A DNA stretch of 64,000 bases from Octopus vulgaris (lineage: Eukaryota): the NCBI GenBank assembly GCA_951406725.2, contig OX597834.1:10106001-10170000 (forward strand). The letters run 5' to 3'. The position numbers were made by a program, and so were the translations under genes. The notes under the pieces are model-generated. The model worked only from the letters and a program-made list of their open reading frames with translations, was not told the DNA's origin and did not search any database. Shown piece after piece: positions 1 to 13,491 of this stretch. The stretch's first letter is position 1; every line of letters starts with the position of its first letter.

Positions 1-1196
1 CATTTATATGTATATATAAAGTATATATATATATAATATGTGCATGTATGTGTATATATATGAACATATATATATATATACATATATATTTATAGGTATA
101 TATACAGTATATTTATATATAATATGTGCATGTATATATTAAGTATATATATATAATATGTGCATGTATATGTATATATATGAACATATATATATATATA
201 TATATATATACATTTTTATAAGAGATAGATTGATAGAGTAAGCTATTAGACACGTGTGAGTCTGTGTGTCTTTGTATGTATATATTCACAGAGAGAGGGG
301 GTGGGAGAGAGTGAATATTATTACCTGTCATTATATAGAGTGCTTCATTGGATTTTATTTATTAGAGTGTATGAAGATCATGATAACATCTCTCATAATT
401 ATCTTTATCAAATATATATTTTCGAAGTATAATAAAGGATAAAAATTATATTCGATCAAAATAACCCTGGGGAAAGTAGGGAATGAATGGCAACTAGAAT
501 AAGGAAAAGAGAAAGAATAAGAGACAGAATAAGTCAAAAACTAATGAAGTATGTAAATGAATTTGTGAGAATAATGAAGGTGTTTGAGAGTGTAGTAATG
601 TAATTGTAAGGAAGGGAATAGATGACTTTTGAAATATACGATAGATGATTACCAGTATTAGACGTACAATTCTGTCAAAGAAAGAAAATATAAAATACAG
701 CTCTGCTTCAAACACCAGAAATAAAACGCATATTAACACACCAAGAAATTATACAATAAACTACAAAAACAAAAGAAAAGGAGCAATTCTCGAAGTAAGA
801 AAAGAAGGAGAATAAATGGAAAAAAAATACATTAAAGACATCGTGAAACGCAAGAAAAATATCTTGCAAAAACTTGAAATAGAGAGATAAATGTTTACAG
901 AAAGGAAACTGAAATAAACCTGTCAATTTTGACGGGTATTATGCTAGTTGATTAATATTTCACAGAGATATGAAAATGAATACGATGGTACGATAGAATA
1001 ATGAAAAAAATACATTAAAATTCATACGGTGACAGCAGATTAGATATACAATTAGCTTAGATACATTTAGCATTCTTTTACGAAGAAGTACTATTTTCTG
1101 TTTGTTTGTTGTTTTTGTTTAAACCAATAACAAGTCTAGGTATCTGACTCAAGCTAAAACAGGAACCTTTAATTAGTCTCAAAATTAACTCACAAA

Positions 1197-1238
<42 letters not shown>

Positions 1239-1239
1239 G

Positions 1240-1447
1240 AAGCTAAACATAGACAGGGCAAACAAGGACAGACAAACGGATTAAGTCGATTACATCGACC
1301 CCAGTACGTAACTGGTACTTATTTAATCGACCCCGAAAGGATGAAAGGCAAAGTCAACCTCGGCGGAATTTGAACTTAGTACGTAACGGCAGACGAAATA
1401 CCATTAAGAATTTCGCCCGGCGTGCTAACGGTTCTGCCAGCTCGCCA
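1240..1447 (-). mobile_element. SINE family B (tRNA-like head; central gcctttcatcctttcggggtcgataaattaagtaccag domain)
   Basis: Matches the many copies below; central domain recalls the Meta/MESC-type SINE domain (from memory). Confidence 0.85.
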
Positions 1448-1969
1448 GAGATTGCCACACAAGGCAGAGATGTTGCTTATCCACAAATGTGTGTTCGTAA
1501 TTCTAAATAGTATCGCATATCAAAAACTGTCAGCTAGAGCCGGTCGAGATCGGTATATCCATCGGAGAGGATCTTCAGGCACAAGCAGGATTTCCAACCG
1601 CAACAGCTAAACTACCACCGACACCGCGAACAGCAATAAAAGCAACAAAAGCTATAATGAAAACAGTTGACTTTATATAAAAAGGTTCAGGGCAAAGTGT
1701 ATTTACGTAGCTGCAATAAATAACAAAGACTAAGGCACTTAGATATCGATCTGAACAGAGGGTCGTAAATCACCAAACACTATTTTGCTTGTTTGAAGGC
1801 GGTCTCTTCGTAGTTTAGTCAGATGCAATAAAACAAAAAAAAGCAAACAAACTCACTAACCAACCCTGGGTGGGCACGTGTACTATTTGACAAGTGACAT
1901 GAGAACTATGATTTTTATTATAGTCAGACGGACTTTGCATCTTTCCTTGTGTTTAGAAGTTGCTCAAGG

Positions 1970-2159
1970 ATGAAGAAAATCGATTTCACGTTTGAAGAGG
2001 CAGTTTGGAAACAGGTCATGTCAGAATCAGTTACGTTATGGTTATACAGCTTCCAGAAAAGTTTATTTCAGTTTGCTCCAAGATTTATATTTCATGTCCA
2101 CGTCGCTTTGATGGCGGTTATTTATTTTGCCCATACAGATTTAATGTGTAGTTATGTGT
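1970..2159 (+). CDS. Candidate first coding exon (possible signal peptide) of the same receptor gene; exon 1957-2159
   Basis: Pyrimidine tract ctttgcatctttccttgtgtttag| at 1956; ATG at 1970; open frame ending in hydrophobic FIFHVHVALMAVIYFAHT..; phase-1 donor T|gtaagt at 2160; lies in non-repetitive sequence. No homology recognised. Confidence 0.3.
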
Positions 2160-2542
2160 GTAAGTCTTGGAAGTCATCACCGTGTTGATCATAGAATAGA
2201 TACTAGCTCAGATTTCCGTTTGTAACTTCCGCATTTTCATTTCCCTGCATGAAATACTTTGTTTCGTTTGGCTCGCCTCTAGAAACTTCTATGTAAATCG
2301 ATAAGTGCATCTTGTTAAAATGTCTGTGTACCGAACACATTTACTAAAAGGAGGGGGTACGGGTACGTGCGTGTGGTGTGTGGCTGTGTGTTTCAGCAGT
2401 ATTTAAGTCCTTGTTTATAAGTCTACTAATGTGCGTATATAAGTGTATTTATATGTGTGTGTGTAGAGATGTATATGTGAATGTAACATGCTCATATACA
2501 TAGTTAGAAATATGCGTGTTTCTATATATATATATATATGTC

Positions 2543-2574
<32 letters not shown>

Positions 2575-3306
2575 CATGTGTGTGTGTGTATATATATATA
2601 TATACATATGTATGTGTAAATGTATTTATGTATATATATGTCGTATATCTGCGTAAGACTACATATACCTGTATGTGTACGTGTATATATTTCTATACAT
2701 GCTTATATATAAGGAGCACAAATGTATACATGTATAAGCATATATATACATATATATATATACATATATACATGTGTATATATATATATATACACATATA
2801 TACATGTATATATATATATACATATATACATGTATATATATATACATATATACATGTATATATATATACATATATACATGTATATATACACATATATACA
2901 TGTATATATATATGTGTGTGTGTGTGTGTATATATGCGCATACACACATTTATCAACAGCTTGTGCGTGCGTCGTGTGTGTGTGTGCATGGTGTATTTGT
3001 GACTGTGTGCTATGCGTGCATATGTTAGAACGAACACACAGAAAACTACAGGAATGATAATATATACTTGGCCCGGATATTGTAACATTATTCAAGTAGA
3101 ATTAGAATTAAATGTAGATTTTCGAGTTTATATGGAAGTGCTTGGTTTGAACTTTACAATTTGGACTAACTATTGATAAACGACTGGAGTGCACCATGCA
3201 AATAAAGGATTTCCGATACACGCGTTGGAACATACACAAAGACCTTCTCACACACTAACTTACATACACGGACATTCACACGCGTATAGACAAATGTACA
3301 TACAAA

Positions 3307-3338
<32 letters not shown>

Positions 3339-3806
3339 TTTGTTCGGAAGGATTGATGTAGATATGTACGTATATGTGTAGGCATGTATTATGTATGTAT
3401 ATGGGCACCTTTATAAAACTAAATAAATCAGAAAGGAACGAGTGATTATTAGATGAATATTATTGTATTACGGGTGCTTCTGCAATATTGTGTAGCGTAC
3501 GCAATGTTGAGCTCAAGCGTGTGTGTGTGTGTGTGTATGTGTGTGTTACTGTATGTCGATGATGGCGATACTGAAGTATCGCATTAGTGTCTCATTTCAA
3601 ATTTAATCTGTGCAAATATTATTCTACAGTATATTACGAACCACTAAGCTGTGAATTATAAAACTGCATATCGATTTAAGACCAGTGTCAATGAAAAAGA
3701 AAACAAACGCACGCACACAAACACACACACACCACACACATATACACACACACACAACCACACGCACATTCGAAAACACATGTACACGCACACTCATATA
3801 CATCTT

Positions 3807-4178
3807 CTCTTTTGCTTGTTTCAGTCATTTGGCTGCGGCCATGCTGGAGCACCGCCTTTAATCGAGCAAATCGACCCCGAGACTTATTCTTTGTAAGCCC
3901 AGTACTTATTCTATAGGTCTCTTTTGCCGAGCCGCTAAGTAACGGAGACATAAACACACCAGCATCTGTTGTCAAGCAATGCTAGGAGGACAAACACAGA
4001 CACACACACATACATATACATATATACGACAGGATTCTTTCAGTTTCCGTCTACCAAATCCACTCACAAGGCATTGGTCGGCCCGGGGCTATAGCAGAAG
4101 ACACTTGCCCAAGATGCCACACAGTGGGACTGAACCCGGAACCATGTGGTTGGTTAGCAAGCTACTTACCACACAGCC
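3807..4178 (-). mobile_element. SINE family A (tRNA head, CORE-like domain, internal microsatellite)
   Basis: Head tggctgtgtggtaag...ggttcagtccc; CORE-like cttgggcaagtgtctt; tail gactgaaacaagyaaaagag; more than 15 copies in the window. Confidence 0.9.
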
Positions 4179-4500
4179 AATGATTTCATGGAGATACGCT
4201 ATATGCGGTATAGCTTATAGGGATTGATTCACTCAGTGTTTACCTTGCGATATGTCAGTCACGCACCTGCAATATTCAGGTGAGCAGAAACCACTGTAAC
4301 ATACAGACGCGAGATAATCATTTACTTAGAATAAACTGCCAAGTCACACCCGTGAAGACAAGCAGGCTCACTTGGTCCCGTAATAAATATCTGTCTGTCT
4401 GTTTGGGTGGACGCATGCGTTCTCTGTATACATGTGTGTGTGTAATAAAGGGTAAAATTAATTAATTAATTAATAATTTTAGCAAGTAGTGCATTATCAG

Positions 4501-4796
4501 AAATTCTATAATTATAAAGTATAATTATAATTAGGGTTTAGCAAAATTTTGCTTCACTACTTACCGAAATTTAGAAATAGCAGTTAAAAACTACTATTTC
4601 ACTACCAAAAGAAAATCTCCCAGGCAGCAATACTCAACAACTCTTTACATGCGTAAGTTGTTGAGTATTGCTGTTTGAAGGATTTTCTTATGGTAGTGAA
4701 ATAGTAGTTTTTAACTGCTATTTCTAAATTTCGGTATATGGTGAAGCAAATTTTGGCTGAACCCTAATTATAATTATATTCATAATTATAGAATTT
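4501..4796. repeat. Fold-back palindrome (about 140-bp arms, 13-nt loop)
   Basis: 4501-4642 is the imperfect reverse complement of 4656-4796. Confidence 0.9.
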
Positions 4797-5203
4797 TTTT
4801 TATATGTATGTGTGTGTGTATACATATATATACGACGGACATCTTTCTAATTCTGTCTACCAAATCCACTCACAAGGCTTTGGTTAACCCGAGGTTATAC
4901 TAGAAAACACGTATCCAATGTGCCATGCAGTGGACTGAATCCGTTACCATGTGGTTGTGAAGCAAGCTTCTCACCACATAGCCACGTCTACATCGATATA
5001 TATGTGTGTATATATATATATTGTTATAATTATATATATATTGTTATAATTATATATATGAAATAATTAACAACGAAGTCGAGGTATACCTTGACACCCT
5101 TATTACTTATTTGATTTTTATTCACCTTCGAGCTGTGCGGATAATGCAGGTCTAAATTGGTACCTCACCTGAAGTACGTAATTCAAATGAATCTCAATTA
5201 TTT

Positions 5204-5248
<45 letters not shown>

Positions 5249-5881
5249 GTATATGCGTGAAATATTATGTACGAATTGGAACGTTTTATGTGCATACGTA
5301 TGCATGTGCATTTGGGCAAGTCTGTGTGTTATTGCGAGTGTGAATGAGTGATTTTACTCCTAATCCTTCATGCAATTTAATATATGATAAACGAATCAAA
5401 CTATAAAACACAAATGATCAGAAAAGCATGCGGTATTATAAGAGCAATGGATCTACATGTGCAGATTAGTAATTTTGGCGTAGAATGAGATTTTATAAAA
5501 TAGCATAAAAACAGAACCAGTTTGCACTGAATTACCGCGAACGCAATTTATTCACATGGAAAGAGAATATGGCCGTTTGTTGCAATTAGGCTCTTGAACA
5601 ATTCAGTCTTTAACGGTTTTCGTTTCCAGTTGTGCATATTAACGCATAGATGGATGTATGTTCCAGAGAACGTAAACAAACCTACTAAAAAAGAATTTCA
5701 AATAAAATATACCGATATTTAAAATTACTGTAGAATAGATATCATTTAGGAAGTATTATAGTTAGTTAAATACCAATTTTGCTCTGCTGCTCTAGAATTT
5801 GCTATGGACGGTTTAGTATATATGCAGACGGGTTGCACATTCCGATGTTGCAACGAATTTTGTTTTTTTTTTAATTTTATA

Positions 5882-6083
5882 CTCTTTTACTTGTTTCAGT
5901 CATTTGACTGCTGCCATGCTGGAGCACCGCCTTTAATCGAGCAACTCGACCCCGGGACTTATTCTTTTGTAAGCCCAGTACTTATTCTATCGGTCTCTTT
6001 TGCCGAACCGCTAAGTTACGGGGACATAAACACACCAGCATCGGTTGTCAAGCGATGTTGGGGGGACAAACGAAAACACACAA

Positions 6084-6129
<46 letters not shown>

Positions 6130-6291
6130 GACGGGCTTCTTTCAGTTTCCATCTGCCAAATCCACTCACAAGACATTGGTCGGCCCGGGGCTATAGCAGA
6201 AGACACTTGCCCAAGGTGCCACGCAGTGCGACTGAACCCGGAACCATGTGGTTGGTTAGCAAGCTACTTACCACACAGCCACTCCTGCGCC
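5882..6291 (-). mobile_element. SINE family A, full length
   Basis: Complete head-to-tail match to the other copies. Confidence 0.9.
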
Positions 6292-6584
6292 TATGTACCT
6301 TTATTTTAAAAGCATTAAGAATTTATAGGTTGGGGGACAAGGCCGTGAATTTGATGTGATATTGCGATTTGATGATTAAATATATATGTCATGGGTTAAA
6401 TAATATTTTATTTGAATGATTCTGGAAAAATGAAAGATCTTAACGATTCTGCCATTCCAGTAACATTAAATTAATGATGATGATGATGATGAAGGCAATT
6501 TTTGGCAAATTTCAGTAAATTTTTATGATGAGGATGATGATAATAGTAGTGGTGGTGGTGGTGGTGATGATGATGAGGGTTTCA

Positions 6585-7245
6585 AAATTTGGCACTTGGC
6601 CAGCAGTTTTTGAGAGCAGGGGAAGTCAATTACATCAAGACGAGATTTTTACTGGTTCTTATTACATCGACCCCGGATGGTAAAAGGTGAAGTCGACCTC
6701 GGCGGAATTTGATCTCAGAACTCGAAGACGGACGAATGCTGCTAAACATCTTACCCGGCGTGCTAAAGATTCTGCCAGTTTACCGCTTAACATTAACGAT
6801 CTGGCAGAATCGTTAGCACACCGGGCAAAATGCTTAGCGATATTTCATCTGCGGCTACGTTGTGAGTTCAAATTCCGCCAAGGTCGACTTTGCCTTTAAT
6901 CCTTTCGGGGTCGATAAATTAATTACCAGTTGCGTACTTGGCTCGACCTAATCGACTAGCCCCCTCCCCCAAAATTTTGGGCCTCGTGCCTAGAGTAGAA
7001 AATAGTAATAATAATAATAATAGTAATAATAATCCTTTCTACTATAGATACAAGGCCTGTAATTTTGGTGGGGTGCGGGAAAGTCGATTCCATCGACTAC
7101 ACTGCGTAACTGGTACTCACTTCATCGACCCCGAAAGGATAAATGCAATTTCGACCTCGGCGGAATTTGAACTCAGAACATAAAGTCGGGGAAAATGCCG
7201 CTAAGCATTTTCCGGCGCGGTAACGATTCTGCCAGCACGCTACCA
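6585..7245. mobile_element. Cluster of three diverged SINE family B copies (-, +, -)
   Basis: Family motifs in alternating orientation with (TAA)n/(TGA)n linkers. Confidence 0.8.
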
Positions 7246-7859
7246 TAATAATAATAATAATAAACAGTTGTTATAGTGGATACTTCTGCACTCTCGTTAA
7301 AATAATTCATATTAAATAGTTCAACGTTCGATGCAAGTCAGGGAAATATCGAATTGTTATCGCTATAATGGAAACTTAATCTACGATATCTTGGCAAAGA
7401 AATTGATTTTCAAAATCTCCAATTAAAATAGCCGTCATTTTTGACATTACAACCTTTACATGAAATGCATTAGTTTCGCAGCTCCCGCTTCATCTCTCTT
7501 AAAATGCCTTAAGCTTAATAATCAACTGCTGAGGGCATACATAGAAATATCCGAGATAATCCTCCAGAGAGATGGCAACAAAACATGGGAAGCACTGTAT
7601 GGGATTTCTCCCCTTAAGCACAGTACATGGGAAATTTTAATTTTGTGTGAAACTAATTCGTATTTTTTGGAAATCTTCGGTCCTTTGCTTTGAGTATAGT
7701 TAACTGCTTAGAATTTTCATTCTGTCTTTACATCGTATAAAAGGTATATATATCTGATTCTTTTGCGCGTGTCTTTGTACAATTGTGTGTGAGAGTGTTT
7801 ATTTTTTGTGTATATGAATATATATATATATATGTGTGCATACATACATACATGTATAT

Positions 7860-8068
7860 AACGGGAAAATGTACCAGAATAAACAAAAGACGAAGGCAGG
7901 TGGAGTACAAACAAACAAATGTATTCGTATAGTGCTCAGGAATAGAAATAGAAAAAGTCTTTTACGTTTCGAGCCTACGCTCTTCGACAGAAAGATACAG
8001 AGAAAAAAAAACAAGGAGAGAAACAAGGAGAGAAAAAAATGCGTGTAAGAGCTAACGATCTATCATGG
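7860..8068 (-). mobile_element. Penelope-like terminal-repeat fragment with variant hammerhead-like fold
   Basis: Second copy in the opposite orientation at 13297-13491; abuts (TA)n; carries tcttt-CTGTCGA-A-GAGC-gtag-GCTC-GAAA-CGTA-aaaga on the minus strand. Confidence 0.45.
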
Positions 8069-8459
8069 CGTCATGACTTCGGACAGTTTTCAGACTCGAG
8101 AGGGACAGTAGGGGAGATAACAAGGTCAAGTGACTTCCAATACGAAGGTGCCCCCAGTGTGTATGTATGTATAGTAGGAAAGTAAGAAGAAAAATCAGGT
8201 GGGGAACCTATACGTGAAGGAAACCGGCCTTTATGAGCCAGGCGTTGCTCGAGAAGGAACAAACATATGTAAACAGAGGCACGAGCAAATATAACGGAAA
8301 TGGAGTTAACAATTAAGTTGTTATATCGCAATATTACACAGTGGCTGTGTGAGCTAGGAAGTCCTCGTCGCCACTGTTATGTCGCACGTTCGGATGTCCT
8401 CTACTCAACTTTACTCCTCCTTCACGTCTAGACTTCTCCCTCTATATCTACGTATTGGG

Positions 8460-9096
8460 GACGGCGAACTGGCAGAATCGTTAGCACGCCGGGCGAAATG
8501 CGTAGCCATATTTCGTCTGCTGTTACGTTCTGGGTTCAAATTCCGCTGAGGTCGACTTTGCCTTTCATCCTTTCGGGATCGATAAATTAAGTACCAGTTA
8601 CGCACTGGGGTCGATGTAATCGACTCAATCCGTTTGTCTGTCCTTGTTTATTTTCTCTGTGTGTAGCCGCTTGTGGGCAGAAAAGAAATAGGCATTTCAT
8701 CTGCCGTTACGTTCTGATTTCAAATTCCGCCGAGGTCGACTTTGCCTTTCATCCTTTCGGGGTCGATAAATTAAGTGCCAGCTACGCACTGGGGTCGATG
8801 TAATCGACTTAATCCTTTTGTCTGTCCTTGTTTGTCCCCTCTATGTTTAGACCCTTGTGGGCAATAAAGAAATAAGAATCGTTAGCACGCCGGGCGAAAT
8901 GTGTAGCTGTATTTCGTCTGCCGTTACGTTCCGGGTTCAAATCCGCCGAGGTCGACTTTGCCTTTCATCCTTTCGGGATCGATAAATTAAGCACCAGTTA
9001 CACACTGGGGTCGATGTAATCGACTTAATCCTTTTGTCTGTCCTTGTTTGTCCCCCTCTGTGTTTAGCCCCTTGTGGGTAATAAAGAAAGATATAA
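8460..9096 (+). mobile_element. SINE family B tandem trimer
   Basis: Three units enclosed by one 12-bp TSD ctacgtattggg (8448-59, 9097-108). Confidence 0.9.
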
Positions 9097-11450
9097 CTAC
9101 GTATTGGGCCAGCCTACTTCATCGTCTGGGGGCGTCCACACAACATAAGTGATATACAATAACGTCGTAAAACTCTGTCAAATCTATTGTAACTGTTTTC
9201 CTAATTCTTCAATGTCACGACATTTAGTCTTTACCATTTTGAGATTCCTTCCAATCTCATCGTATACTCCTCGTTGATCGAATCCGCTTCAGTTTTGAAC
9301 AGGATTACTAATCTGAAGAGCTTATTGTAAATTGTGCATACGTGTACAGATTGCTTTATTTTTGTAGATGAAAATAATAGAAAACAAATTTAGAATTAAG
9401 ATATGAAAGCATTAACACAACAACTGAATGAATGAATACCGTTTGCGATACAGAAACTTTTAGACTTGGAAATGCTATTGTCTGATAAAAAGATTCTTCT
9501 ATTCTCAAGTAGGCGGAAATAAAGATATTTTTCATGTAGTTTATTCCTGTTTCAAATAACTTGTTTTATTTCCTTCTTTTATTGTATACAAAATCTGAGT
9601 TGCATTCTCTGATTCCCAAAATGCTCCTATTCCAAAAATATATCTTTTTATATTTTTCTTCTATTTTTCTTCATTTTTTTTTTTTTTCTTACACATTGAA
9701 TAGAATGATTTAAAGTGACAATTATCTATGAAGGATCCGCTCCCATATGTGTTCGTGTGTTTGTCTGCTTATATGCAGGTGTGTGTTTCTGGATATTTAT
9801 ATACATATATATATACATATATATATATATATACACATATATATATATATACACATATATATATACATATATATACATATATATTTGTATGCATTGTCAG
9901 GTTGGAATCATTTTTGTTTCTTCCCAATTCCATCTGTCTTTTCATTCATCCAATTTATTGCTATTCAATTTTAACAGGCTGTTAATCTTTCTATTTTCTT
10001 TATTTGTGAATATACAAAATCTTTGGAGAATTTCAGAAGAAAAAAATATATTTTTAGAGAAATATTTATAATTCCATTTTTTTTTTCTCCCTGTAGTTCT
10101 CAGGAAATTTTCTTTTATACCTGTTGCAATATTATTTTTCACTTTTTACTCCTTTGCGATTTGTATATTTTGTTATTTTGACGATATCATAAACAATTGT
10201 CTATTTTCGGGAAATAGCCTTCGCGTATCTCTCTCTCTCTCAATCTCTATCTATTTATCTATCTATCTATCTATCTCGCGCCATCACTCTCTTTCTCTCT
10301 CCGTCTCTGTCTTTCTATCTGTCTCTGTCTCTCTCCCTCTCGTTCTATCCCCCACTTTGTTATATATTGAGGCATTTGAAGTTTGTGTTGTTTATTAATA
10401 AGTTATGAAAAAAAATGCAGTACAACGAACAATAGCACCTACAAATAGGAAAACGGCATAAAGAAAACATTCTATACCGTCAATTTTCTTTAGAAAAATA
10501 AATCCCACTAAAAATAAAAAATAACTAAACAAAAATAATGCAACAATCCTTCGAAAAATTATATTTGTTTTTCAGTCATTGCACAATAGAATTGCAATTG
10601 CCAGGTTTATATATTTATTTATTTTATTTTATTTTATTTACTTTATTTTTTTTATTTTTAGTCTTTCCTAACGAGGATTTTTCAAGCAAATGTTTTGTTT
10701 TGTTTCAATTACATATCCAGAGGAAATCCTTCGAGGTTTATATATTGGATACTACATGTTATATTTGCGTATCTATATAGTTTTGTGCCATTCCTTTAAT
10801 ATTTGAGTGTAGAATCATCGACTCTGGTTCATTTAGTTTGTAAATGGCGGATTATGAAAAAGCTGGTGTTCATAATTCATAATTTTAAATAATCCATATT
10901 GAACATTTCCAATAATTTTTGCATGAAATTGATACAAAAGGGAGAAAGACAACCTAATATTATTTAAATTTTGTACACTTAACTTACTGAGTTCAATGTA
11001 CGCCGGCATTGATGCAATAAATTGCAGTTAATATACGGATTTCAAAAGTCAATATCGTGTGGATAATCCAATTCTTAACAAAATTACCTCTGTTTAGTTA
11101 AAAAAAAGAATAAATAATAATTTTAAATTTCTAAATAACAAAGTTACAAAAATGGCAAATGGAGAGGTAAATTATTTAGGAAAATGCTGTTTTGTGTTTT
11201 GATTCCTTAATTTCAAATCTTGACGAAGAAAATTTGGTTTATACTTTCTCCAAAACCGATAAAATTACACCTACTTTACTATCGAATGTTTCGATACATA
11301 TATATATATGTGTGTGTGTGTGTGTATGTGTGTAGGTCAAATTTATAGAAAAACAAGAGACGAAGAACAACAAGCAGGTATATGCATGAACAACAAGCAG
11401 GTATATTTATCTATCTATCTATATATATATTATATAATAGATATATAATA

Positions 11451-11904
11451 GATGAGCATAGACGATGGTGGTGCTGCTGCTGCTATTGGTGGTGCTGAAG
11501 ATTGCGAAAAAAATGAATCTTAGTTGACCAAGAAAAGATTCGGAGAGAGAACGGAAAAATACATTGTCGAATAGGGAAGTTCGTCAACGCTCTTCCGATT
11601 ACAGACCACACTTTCGTTGTGTATGTGACAATATACCTCTACTAGCATCAAAATGTTTTTCATTTAATTTTTGCATTGAGTACATCGGTAGGCACACAAA
11701 CACACACACACACACTCTCCCCCCCCTCACTCTCTCTGTAATCGGAAGAGCGTCGATGAACTTCCCTATTCGACAATGTCTTTTTCCGTTCTCTCTTCCA
11801 GTCTAGTCTTGTTGAAATAAGTTTCATTTTTTCGCAGTCTTCATCAGTAACAATTGCAATCACACCACCACCACCACCACCACCAAGAATCGCCTACGCT
11901 CATC
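11451..11904. repeat. Long inverted repeat (MITE-like), about 155-170-bp arms and 130-bp spacer
   Basis: 11451-11605 versus 11735-11904. Confidence 0.85.
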
Positions 11905-12186
11905 TTGAACACCACGAATCATGATCACTAACTATCTTCTACTGAATGTATACATTCGCTATATTTTACTTCAAAATTGTTGAGTGTACCTATTCGAGTA
12001 ATTCTTGGTCTTCCATTGCAATTCTCCCATCCATATCACCTTCTGCTAACAGCCTGGGAAAGTCATTGTCATTAAATGCCCACTATATTCTACTTTTCTC
12101 TCGTAGAAGCCGTCAAATAAAATCTACGTAGTTTTTGCAACACTTAGTACTTCATTGTTGGTTTTGAATTTTGGCCATGATATTGT

Positions 12187-12565
12187 TATCAAAGAAGCTT
12201 GAGAGGTGGTTGGATGGAACCTACGCTCGCCTCCTTATGAGAGCTCAAAATCTCTCGTGGAAGCTTCGTCCAACCAAAATGCAAATATATGGGAAACTAC
12301 CACCTGTGTCATCTCTTGTGAAAGGTTGGAGAATCTAGTTTGCTGGACATTGTTGTAGAGCTGAAAACGAGGCAATTTCTACTCTTCTCCTCTGGAAGCC
12401 ATCTACTCGCAATACCAGAGGGCGCACACTCTCCTACCCTGATGTAATCTCCAGGGATACAGGCATCCAGCAACAGAACCTCCGTAATGCTATGATGGAC
12501 CGTGAAGTCTGGCGTAGCATGGTAAATTCCATTGTCTCGACCACGGTCGAAAAATGATGATGATG
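12187..12565 (+). mobile_element. 5'-truncated RTE-clade LINE 3' end
   Basis: Translates LDGTYARLLMRAQNLSW...IYGKLP...FAGHCCR...AMMDREVWR with an internal stop; (TGA)n tail; TSD atgatattgt. Confidence 0.8.
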
Positions 12566-13296
12566 ATGATATTGTCAATAGTCACTATCTCTGTTTTCAG
12601 AAGGATTTCGGTATCAATTTGGCGTTGTCTATCTTTCAACGTTATACAATACACTGTACGAACCATGTCAACTTCCTTCGGATTTCGTCATCACTCTTTT
12701 ATTTCACATTCTATCATATTCCTGGTTCTTGATTGCTTATATCCCAGATATATTATCTAAGGTATCTGTTCAATTGGATTTCCTTCAGTTGCAATGTTTA
12801 TTTTGGGGAACTTGTTCCTTGCTCATTACCGCTGAATTTGTTTACATTAGATTTGTTTCTGTTCCGTAAGACAATCCTTCGTCGATCGCTATTGTCATAA
12901 GATATCCATTCCTCACAGCCTGCTGTAGAAACGCTCATCCTTTACATTGTTGAAGTGGAAATTTACACTTCTAACATGAAAAATACTGATCACCAAAAAG
13001 CATTCGCTCGACGACAGAAAATGTCACATCAAAGATATGATTAACGATATAAAACAGGATCGAGAGATAAAAACTCAAACAAGTGAAATTTCTCAAAAGT
13101 TTTAAACAATATAGAGACAGCAAATTGGAATGGCTAACTTAATGTGACGTGAAGAAAGTAAGCAAAATTTTAAGGATTTTTAGAATTCCTTGGTGAAGCG
13201 ATTTCATTCCGTTGCCTCATTCTGTTCAATGCACAAGCACACACGCATACACACACCCAGACACGCATATACAAATATATATATATATATGATTCC

Positions 13297-13491
13297 CCAT
13301 GATAGATCGTTAGCCACTACACACATTTTTTTCTCTCCTTGCTTCTCTCCTTGTTTTTTCTCTGTCCCTTTCTGTAGAAGAGCGTAGGCTTGAAACGTAA
13401 AAGACTTTTTCTATTCCTCAGCGTTATACTAATACATATGTTTGTTTTGTACACCACCTGTCTTCGTCTTATGTTTTTCGTAAACTCTCCC
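13297..13491 (+). mobile_element. Penelope-like terminal-repeat fragment, copy 2
   Basis: Reverse-complement match to 7860-8068; embedded between (TA)n runs. Confidence 0.45.

Noticed and set aside
3979-4227. Recurring ORFs such as SFSFRLPNPLTRHWSARGYSRRHLPK
   Set aside because: Incidental translations of SINE A copies.
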